From the NCBI RefSeq assembly GCF_000143415.4, contig NW_003314359.1:628058-668137 (forward strand): DNA of 40,080 nt, read 5' to 3'. Position numbers and translations under genes: made by a program. Origin of the DNA: Selaginella moellendorffii. Taxonomy: Eukaryota > Plantae > Lycopodiophyta. Under the pieces are notes generated by a model. It was given only the letters and a program-made list of their open reading frames with translations. It ran no database searches and was not told the DNA's origin. Positions within the stretch are counted from its first letter, which is position 1, and every line of letters begins with the position of its first letter. Below are positions 32,181 through 40,080 of this stretch, one piece after another.

Positions 32181-34661
32181 CTACGCCAACCGGCCTTGAT
32201 CAATAATGGCGGTGAGCTGCTTACGCTCATAAAAGTTTCCAGCTTCGTGTAGCTCGGACAAGAGTGATTTTCCAGGGTTCCTCCTAGAAAACGCATCCGA
32301 TTCCTGTTCCAGCAACTGTCTCGCTTCTCGTACGCCTTCATTCTGGTAGTGCCCCAAGATCAGCGCCTTGTAAGTCTCCATATCCGGAACGCACTTTGAG
32401 AGCTTCATAAAATTGAATAAGTGCCTGGCACCCTCTAGCTTCTTTGTGCTGCACAAAGCCCGTATGAGTTGAGTGTATGTGAAGACGTTGGGCTCAATGC
32501 CAGTCTCGACCATGACTTGAAAGAGCCGGCAAGCCTCCTCCTCTTGACCAGCAGAACACAGTGCAAAGAGCAGAGTGTTGTAGGAAATAACGTCCGGATA
32601 GCAGCCAGCTTCCACCATTATTTCCAGCAGCCTACAAGCATCGTCTAGCCTTGCTGAGCGGCAAAAAGCATAGAGAAAGATCGTGTACACGACCGCGTCC
32701 GGCTTGACGCCCCGCTCCTCCATGGCTTTCACTACTACAAAGCCTTCGTCGGTCATTCCCATGGCGCACAATGCATCTATGACGATGCTGTACATAACCA
32801 CGTCTGGTTTGCAACCATCCCCCCCTAGAAGTTGCTCTGACCCTCTACTCCCGTTGGTCAAATCCTCCAGAAGCTGACACGCTGCCTCAACTTTCCCAGT
32901 CTTGCACAGGCACTTCATAAGCCTGCTGTATAGCAAATTGGTTGCGGGGCATTTCCTCTCCTGAGCGAGTTCTAAGACTCTAAGAGCTGATTCCCAGTCC
33001 TCCATGTTGCAAAGTGGATCAACTATACTGAAGTACGTGACTTCGTCTGGCTCGCAACCTGCTTCGATCGAAACCTTGAGAACTACCAATGCCTCGTCGA
33101 ACTTCGAAGTCTTGCACAGCCCGCCGATGATGCAATCGAAGACGACGGCATCAGGAGCGTATCCTGCTTCCTTCATACGGCCAAGGAGTACCACGGCGTT
33201 CTTGAAGTTCCCCAGCTTGCAAAACCCGTTGATGACCCGCGTGTATATAAACTTGTCCGGTTTGCAGTCGCTCTCCTCCATTGTCTTCAAAACCTTTTCA
33301 GCCTGCTCCACCATGCCAAGCTTGGAGATGCATTCGATCATGTTGTTGTAAGTGAAGATATCAGCAGGGACGTTGTTTCCTCGCATAAGCTCGTAGAGCC
33401 TCAGAGCTTCGTCAATCCTGTCACCTTTGCACAGCCCTTCGATCAAGCAGTTGTATTCGAACGTGCTCATCGCCACCTTCATCGTCCCGAACAAGGCTAT
33501 GATCTTCTCAAACGAGAACGGCGAGCCCCCTTCTGGATGATCAAACACTGACAGCTTCCACACAAGGCCACGCTGGAGCAGCTTGCGGATGACAAACGAA
33601 GCCTTGGCCAAAGCACCTGTCCTGAACACTCCGCAGATGAGAGAACAGCAAAGAAAATTCCTATCAGCTAGAGTTACCGAGGAAGAGGCTGCCGTGTCTT
33701 CCAGCAAGCCTATTGCAGTGTCTTCCTTCCCAGCTTTGCAAAGGCTATCCACCACCATGCTCAAAGCCATCGCGTTTACTTGCAAGCCCTTGCTGCTCAT
33801 CCACTTGAGAAACCTCACGGCCTTGTCCACTGCGAGTGCCTTGCAAAAAATCCGGACGAGCGCGTCGGCGGTGGAGTCACTGAAAGTGAAGTTCTTGGCC
33901 ATCAAATCCTCCACCATTCGAAAGACGTCCTGGAACCTTTGGAGCTTTGCCAGTGCTCCAAAGATGACATTGTAGATGTGAGCTGGGAACTCCTGGCCTT
34001 GATCCCGCAACTCGTTGAAAATCGCCTGTGCTCTATCCACCATGGCGCCATTGGCATAGCACACCACCAAATCCAGCGCTGCCTCCGGCTCTAAGCTGCA
34101 CCCTTGATCCATCATCTCGCCAAGAACCGAGTCGATGTCACTTAGACGCTTGGCAGCCGCCAGATTTCTCACCACCTGGTTATAGATCCTCGAGTCATGC
34201 TTGTAGGAGGATCGATTTTGCTTCCCTGCCCAGCGATAAAAGAACAATGCCGTGCCTGGATCGTTCCTGAGCCCCTTAACCATCTCAAGGACGAAATCCG
34301 GGGTGAGACGATCGCCGATGACGCGCGCCAGCGCGTCTTGATCCTCGGATTTGGCGCATTGCCGGAGCTGGGAGATCTGCGCGGCCGCATTGGCGTACCT
34401 GGCGTGAGAATCCCTGTTCTTGAATGAGAACGAGGCCTGGTGGAACATCCGCTGCTTGAAATCTGGCGCCTCCGCCAGCTCCGCCGAGAGGGATTGCGAT
34501 TGCGCCGAGCCGGCGATGCTCCGCCACTGGAGGAAGAAGACGTGCATCGGCGACGCGACCAGCGGCTCCACAATCTCGATCAGGAAATGCATGAAATTCT
34601 TGAACACCGCAATGTCGTCCATGGATCTAGCCGCGGCAGTCCTTGCGATGTGGAGAGCCAT
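32181..34661 (-). CDS. P-class pentatricopeptide repeat protein (intronless; first in-frame ATG 34661)
   Basis: Long ORF with tandem 35-aa repeats (e.g. PDKFIYTRVINGFCKLG, PDVVMYSIVIDALC, PNVFTYTQLIRALC). Confidence 0.93.
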   Translation of the reverse strand: MALHIARTAAARSMDDIAVFKNFMHFLIEIVEPLVASPMHVFFLQWRSIAGSAQSQSLSAELAEAPDFKQRMFHQASFSFKNRDSHARYANAAAQISQLRQCAKSEDQDALARVIGDRLTPDFVLEMVKGLRNDPGTALFFYRWAGKQNRSSYKHDSRIYNQVVRNLAAAKRLSDIDSVLGEMMDQGCSLEPEAALDLVVCYANGAMVDRAQAIFNELRDQGQEFPAHIYNVIFGALAKLQRFQDVFRMVEDLMAKNFTFSDSTADALVRIFCKALAVDKAVRFLKWMSSKGLQVNAMALSMVVDSLCKAGKEDTAIGLLEDTAASSSVTLADRNFLCCSLICGVFRTGALAKASFVIRKLLQRGLVWKLSVFDHPEGGSPFSFEKIIALFGTMKVAMSTFEYNCLIEGLCKGDRIDEALRLYELMRGNNVPADIFTYNNMIECISKLGMVEQAEKVLKTMEESDCKPDKFIYTRVINGFCKLGNFKNAVVLLGRMKEAGYAPDAVVFDCIIGGLCKTSKFDEALVVLKVSIEAGCEPDEVTYFSIVDPLCNMEDWESALRVLELAQERKCPATNLLYSRLMKCLCKTGKVEAACQLLEDLTNGSRGSEQLLGGDGCKPDVVMYSIVIDALCAMGMTDEGFVVVKAMEERGVKPDAVVYTIFLYAFCRSARLDDACRLLEIMVEAGCYPDVISYNTLLFALCSAGQEEEACRLFQVMVETGIEPNVFTYTQLIRALCSTKKLEGARHLFNFMKLSKCVPDMETYKALILGHYQNEGVREARQLLEQESDAFSRRNPGKSLLSELHEAGNFYERKQLTAIIDQGRLA

Positions 34662-34741
34662 CAATGGCTCGCTGGCAGCCTCCTCCCTCAGGGAACATAG
34701 GTGCTCTTGCCGGGAGCGGGACAAAGAACACCAAGCGCCCT

Positions 34742-34750
34742 AAACCCTAA
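34742..34750. promoter_or_regulatory. Telo-box (AAACCCTAA) upstream of PPR gene
   Basis: Exact motif about 80 bp upstream of the PPR ATG. A second AAACCCTAG lies at 37101-37109 between CLASRP and the other PPR gene. Confidence 0.45.
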
Positions 34751-34817
34751 TGCGAGAAATACCAAACTAACGAAATGTCGTGTCTTTACTTTATTAACGT
34801 CTCGTTTGTTATACAAA

Positions 34818-37071
34818 CTATCTGCGATCGTAGTATCTGGAGCACAGCAACTAAAACTTTAGCACAGGAGAGATGGAGGAAAAGAATTTTTTGTTTGTGG
34901 ACTTGCCTTGATGGTGATCGACTCCTACTGCGACTCCGGCTGCTACTGCGGCTTCGGCTTCTAAATCTTCGCGTCTCTGCGAGTTTTTCCTGTCTTTGCC
35001 TCTCTTGCTCTCGCTTCTTTAGCATCTCCGAGACAGTGTCTTTCTTAACTGCGGAAAACGGTTCACAATTGTATGGACGGAAGAATAGAAAAGCTTACTT
35101 TGTTTGTTGAGTTGCTTGCTCATTATTCTCTTTAGCCGCTCTTGTGGAGTTTCCTTCTTCTCTGCTTGCTGAGCCTTTGGAGCAGCTGGAGGTTTACTGA
35201 GCTTTGCAATAGCAGATGATGTACTGGAAGAGAACCACCGAGAAAGAAAAGCATTAGAAGGAACAAACACACACCTTACCTGCTCAAAGGCGTCACTTTG
35301 TGGTCTTTTCTGTAGCCCTTCTCCGCGTCTGCAATCAGAGAACCCCCGACTGATGCCGCTGGATCACCGTGCAAGGCTTCCAGTATTCGACCGGGAGCAG
35401 GCCTATTAGCAGGAAAAAGTAATGTTAGTAAAGAATAGAGAAAGTCCGTCTCTAATGCAAAACTACCAGCTTTCATACAATCAATCGCAAGCAGAAAATG
35501 CAAGGAGGAAAGAGAAAGTAAAACTCGAAAGTGGTAAGCCCTCTACCCCAAGAGCTGCCTTGGGGGCCAGGATAGAACTGCAGCATTGCAAGGACACAGG
35601 GCCAGTGCTCCGACCGACTACTAGTGTCAACTTGGCATGGAGGAGGCGATGGCGGTGGAGAGTATCCTCTGCTACGTCCCTTGTCATCCGCTTCGTTGTC
35701 ACCTCCAAACTCCGTTATGTACTCAATCTTCCCCACGCGCGAAGAGTCGGACTTGCGGGCTCTATCGGAGTATCCATGCCGCCTTGACCGAGGAGAACGA
35801 GACCGAGACCTCGATCTGTAACAAATAAATGTCAGAAGCGAGTAAAGTGAGTCACCAGAATGGCTCACCTTCTCGAGCGCTTTCTGTAAGAGTACGAGTC
35901 GCTCTCTCTGCAAAAGGAAAGCGTGAAAACTTGAACCAAGTTTCAGATAATCACCTATAAGGATCGCTAGAGATAAACCGACGTGCAGCATCTCTTTCGT
36001 ACTGTGAAGCTTTCCGCCTCTCTTTCCTGCTAAGCTTCTTCAAAAACAAGCAATTCCTTTAAGAACTTCGCAATCGTAAAATACTCTTACCATAGCCGTG
36101 TCACCCTTTGCAGCTTCTTTCTGCCGACGTTCTGCCGCTTTAACTTTCTTATCCATGTGTGTAAGCCAGCCGAACCGCTGCACACCGTGGTCTCTACCGA
36201 TGCAGTCAGTTTCTTCGTCCTCACTATCACCGCTGCTGCTTTCCAAATCGCCCTCTTCATCTTCGACAGCATCTTCATCGTCACTAGCACGGGCTCCTCC
36301 ATCGTATGAGTATCCAACTTGTGCGTAAACACCCTGTCCAGCACGCTCCCTGGAAAAAAAGAGAGACAATGAAAGAAAAAGAACAGGAACAAAACTTACA
36401 AACCTGTCCAATGTAGAGGAGCCAGTCTTCGTTTCGTCTTCGTGATCAACATCCAGCAGCCCTTGCTCATCACTGACTGGAATACACACCCCCAGAGTGC
36501 ATGAGCGCTTGATCATCGAAGTTTTTTGGAAGCTCTAACAGTCGTTACGCAGAAGAAGCAATTCGAGTAAGGACAGAAATACCGACATCCTCGACGACGA
36601 CGCTTGATAAGGTCCCGATACCGCTCAAAGTTAACCAGCTCCTCGAGCTCTTCCTCCTCTTCGGTCTTCTCGTGCCGCCTCGACTTATCGCTCTCCCGGA
36701 TGAAATCCAGGAGTGCCCTCCCATCAAATCTACACATCCCGCCATGAGAATCACACAAAGATCTGAGCTATAATCTCACCTATCAATCAGATTATCCTTC
36801 TTGCCGTTCCACGGGATCCTGTCCACGAGAAATTTCCATCAATCCAGACCAAAAATGAGAGAAAAAGATCTCACAGGCCGTGCTGATCCTGCGTCGCCTG
36901 GTACATCGCCTGATCGACGTACATCCGGCATCGCGTTCCCGTGATCCTGAGCTGTTGCTGCGGATCGCCCCGGCGCTTTGCGAAGAACACCGCCCGCCGC
37001 TCCGCGCGCTTGCGGGCAGCGTCCATGATATCATGGACTTTCTTCTCGGATCGCCGAGCTTCGTGCCACAT
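34818..37071 (-). CDS. CLASRP: CLK4-associating serine/arginine-rich protein homolog (SWAP-N/DRY_EERY domain), multi-exon
   Basis: Exons 37071-36875 (MWHEARRSEKKVHDIMDAARKRA...), 36818-36780 (IPWNGKKDNLIDR), 36729 onward (FDGRALLDFI...LVNFERYRDL). Later exons carry KIEYITEFGG, ETPQERLKRIMSKQLNKQ and an RS-rich tail. Stop inferred at 34820-34818 through a GC-AG intron. Confidence 0.88.
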
Positions 37072-37314
37072 CCTGGCTCGATCAAGAGAGGAAGACTCAC
37101 AAACCCTAGCACTGGGGAGAAAAACGGACGGCTGTGATCTGACCACTTGGCAGCATTGCTAGTGCATGTTTAGGGCAGCTATGATTCTAGCGAGGTTTCC
37201 AAAAATCTACGAAGGGGTCCGCGAGGGATTTTGGAGGAGCGACCGTCATGCCTATGGATCCGGAGAGCTGTGGAGCAGCCAGATTTGCCCACATTGGAGC
37301 AGCAAGCGAGATCT

Positions 37315-39657
37315 ATGTTCCGAATTCTTATCGCGCCGCCAGTGAAGATTTTGCTCCAGACGACGGCGGCGCTCCTTGCTCAAAGGTCAGTGCTCGCGTT
37401 CTATCAGACAGATCGCCGGGAGGATCTGTCGTTGCAGAGCTTTGCCGAGTCGCCAGCACAGATTCTTCTTCCAGACGCTGCTGCGCAGCTCAAGAAATTG
37501 AGGGCTAGTGGAGAGGGAGATGATACTTTGGCCAAGGTTTTTTTTCACAGATTGACTCCGTGCTTTGTTTTCGAGCTCGTCAAGATCTTGAGACGAGATG
37601 CCGACACGGCATTCTTCTTTTTCAAGTGGGCTGGAAGGCAACAGCGCTATGAGCATGACTCGAGAACTTACAACCAGATCATCTCGGTTTTGGCATCGGC
37701 CGGTCGGATGGAGGATTTGGACTCGGTTTTGAGCGAGATGGTGGATAGAGGATGTAGCGTAGATCTGGAAGCCGCGGCCGATCTAGTGGTGAGCTATGCA
37801 AAGTCCGGGATGGTGGATAGAGCTCAGGGGATTCTCAGTGAGCTCAGGAAGAGAGAACTCACACTTCCAGCTCGGATCTATAACTCCGTGTTCAAGGCTT
37901 TGGATAGGATGCACAGGTTTCAAGAGGTGTTTGAAATGGTGGAGGAACTGATTGAGCAAGAGAACTTTGTTCCAGAGGACTCCACGGCAGATTTGCTCGT
38001 CAGGATTTACTGCAAAGGATTTGCAGTGGACAAAGGAGCTTGGTTTTTAGGCAGGCTGGTCAATGCGGGCGTGCGAGTGAGTGCCAAGACTTTTGTGAAG
38101 CTGGCCGAGAGTCTTTGCAAGGCTGGGAAGGAAGACATTGCAGTGAAGCTCTTCGACAGGATGGGGGCTGTTTTTGCCGATGGTAACTTTCTTTGCTGCT
38201 CGATAGTTTGCGGGGTCGTCAGGACGGGCCAGTTCTCTAGAGCTTCTCAGGTTGTTCGCGAACTGGCTCAAAGAGGCTTGAGCATCTGTTACTCGCCAGA
38301 GATTTCGTTTCCAGAGGCAGCCCGAGGATTCTCTGTCAGTGATTACTTCGAGCTCTTCCAAGCGATGAATCTCCGTCCCAGCACCTTCGAGTACAACAGC
38401 TTTCTCCAGGGGTTTTGTAGAGCCTCGGAGATGGAAGAGGTGCTAAAGGTGTTCGTGCTCATGCGAGAGAATGGAGCTCCAGAGGATATACATACATACC
38501 ACTGCGTCGTGGACGCCATTACAAGTTTTGGAAGAATCGACCACGCCACCGCAGTTTTAGAGGCAATGGAGCAGAGCGACTGCTGCAAGCCGGATACTGT
38601 CACTTACACCCGAATGATCGACGGCTTTTGCAGAAGAGGTGAGCTGGACAAGGCGTTGGTGATCTACAGTCGGATGAAAAACTCTGAAAGCTCTCCGGAC
38701 GTTGTCACTTTCGGGTGCTTGATCAACGGGTTTTGCAAAGCTCTCAAGTTCGACGAAGCAATTATCATCCTCAAGGCCTCACTTGACGCTGGTTTGGAGC
38801 CAGATGAGATAACTTACTCAAGTATCATCGATCCGCTATGCAACTTAGAGCTCTGGGATATCGCGCTCGTGGTTTTCGAGCTAGCAAGACAGAGAAACTG
38901 TCCGGGAAGCATTTATCTCTACAGTAGGCTGATGAATTGCCTGTGCAAGGCTGGGAAGATTGAAGAGGCTGTGCTCCTACTCGAAGATATGAGCCATGGA
39001 CGGAAGCATTCCGGCCAAGCTTTAGGTGGGGAAGTTTGCAAGCCGACATTGGTGATTTACAACAACGTCATCGATGCCTTCTGTCAAGAGAACAGGATTG
39101 AAGAGGCGCTCCAAATGGCGAAAGCTATGGAAGAACAAGGTATAGGGGCGGATGTAGTGACTTACACAAGTTTCCTCCGTGCATTGTGCAAGGTTGGAAT
39201 GGTAGACGAAGCTTGTAAGCTGCTCGAGATGATGGCGACGAGTGGCAGCTCCTTTCCAGACGTGATCGCTTGCAATGCTCTAGTGGGGGCGTTTTGCTCG
39301 GCTGCTCGAGTTGAAGAGGCTTGTAATCTATTGCGAGCCATGCTGGAGCACGGGATTGAGCCAGATGATCTCACGTATACGCAAGTCATTGGAGCTCTGT
39401 GTGCGAGCAAGAGGATGGAGGCTGCAATGCTCCTGTTTGAGTACATGAAGGTGGCGAATCACACACCAAAACTAACTACTTATAAAGAGCTCATGCTTGG
39501 GCTCTATGTGAATGGAAGCCTGCAAGATGCGAGGAAGTTTTTGGAGCACGAGGCAAAGACATTTTCTCTTGTAAATCCTGGAAAGTCTCTAGTCTCGGAG
39601 CTTCATAAAATTTTGAATGTTAACCAACAGAGGCAACTTAGCTTTATTGTGTCTTAA
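37315..39657 (+). CDS. P-class pentatricopeptide repeat protein, paralog of 32181-34661 (first in-frame ATG 37315)
   Basis: Intronless ORF with PPR repeats, colinear with the other PPR from RLTP.FV.E.VK.LR to NPGKSL.SELH. Confidence 0.93.
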   Translation: MFRILIAPPVKILLQTTAALLAQRSVLAFYQTDRREDLSLQSFAESPAQILLPDAAAQLKKLRASGEGDDTLAKVFFHRLTPCFVFELVKILRRDADTAFFFFKWAGRQQRYEHDSRTYNQIISVLASAGRMEDLDSVLSEMVDRGCSVDLEAAADLVVSYAKSGMVDRAQGILSELRKRELTLPARIYNSVFKALDRMHRFQEVFEMVEELIEQENFVPEDSTADLLVRIYCKGFAVDKGAWFLGRLVNAGVRVSAKTFVKLAESLCKAGKEDIAVKLFDRMGAVFADGNFLCCSIVCGVVRTGQFSRASQVVRELAQRGLSICYSPEISFPEAARGFSVSDYFELFQAMNLRPSTFEYNSFLQGFCRASEMEEVLKVFVLMRENGAPEDIHTYHCVVDAITSFGRIDHATAVLEAMEQSDCCKPDTVTYTRMIDGFCRRGELDKALVIYSRMKNSESSPDVVTFGCLINGFCKALKFDEAIIILKASLDAGLEPDEITYSSIIDPLCNLELWDIALVVFELARQRNCPGSIYLYSRLMNCLCKAGKIEEAVLLLEDMSHGRKHSGQALGGEVCKPTLVIYNNVIDAFCQENRIEEALQMAKAMEEQGIGADVVTYTSFLRALCKVGMVDEACKLLEMMATSGSSFPDVIACNALVGAFCSAARVEEACNLLRAMLEHGIEPDDLTYTQVIGALCASKRMEAAMLLFEYMKVANHTPKLTTYKELMLGLYVNGSLQDARKFLEHEAKTFSLVNPGKSLVSELHKILNVNQQRQLSFIVS

Positions 39658-40080
39658 ATATAAAAACGTGCTAATAATATTAGCGTTATGGAATTTTATA
39701 ACTACTCATTTATGCATATACATTGGTTTTTGGGCTATTCCAATGCACATTTCTTTATTTTTTTCCACTTCATTTCCATATTCCATGCACTCAATGTAAT
39801 AGTGTTTATTCTTAAATAAATTTATTGATCAATTGGAAGTTTAAAATTAATCTTTTTATTAGATGGTAGAATAAATAATTTGTTACATGCTGCATGTAAT
39901 AACACTTGGTTTGCTTAATAATAGTTTTATTTTTACTTATTAATCCAATTGATTAAATAAAAGTTTATAATTATAAACATGTTTATAATTTATAAACACA
40001 AGATTAATCTTATTACATATCAACCATTTGATGATAGCATAAAAAATGATATACTAGAAAGTGTTTAAACAAGTTTATAA

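Noticed and set aside
37073-37099. Possible CLASRP 5' UTR intron (GTGAGT...CCAG)
   Set aside because: Only ~27 nt, shorter than any other intron here; unsupported without transcripts.
32632-39446. Numerous antisense or alternate-frame ORFs over the PPR and CLASRP genes
   Set aside because: Shadow ORFs of real coding sequence.

Overview
Eukaryotic plant genomic DNA with two N-gaps (3028-3609, 26396-27287). TTTAGGG repeats, ~50-bp introns, very tight gene spacing and PPR genes suggest a lycophyte such as Selaginella (inference only). There are three zones. (1) 1-~8820 is a putative large DNA transposon. It has a minus-strand, frameshifted DDE-type transposase-like gene. Divergent from it is a plus-strand cargo gene with 8 introns, all phase 1, encoding a degenerate beta-class amino-methyltransferase-like domain, an acidic/low-complexity linker and an FCP1/NIF-type HAD phosphatase domain. 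A 22-bp palindrome (ATGGCRTGTGGCCACAYGCCAT) recurs about 12-15 times, only in this zone. (2) ~8830-27300 is a nested LTR-retroelement graveyard: a Ty3/gypsy gag remnant; a 7.8-kb element with two 1.15-kb LTRs and no visible gag/pol; an intact 5S-bearing Cassandra-type TRIM plus a solo LTR; and a rearranged, more decayed second copy of the 7.8-kb element. (3) ~30200-39700 is a compact gene island: a chimeric FAD-oxidase/PLS-PPR pseudogene, and two paralogous P-class PPR genes in inverted orientation around a CLASRP-like splicing-factor gene.
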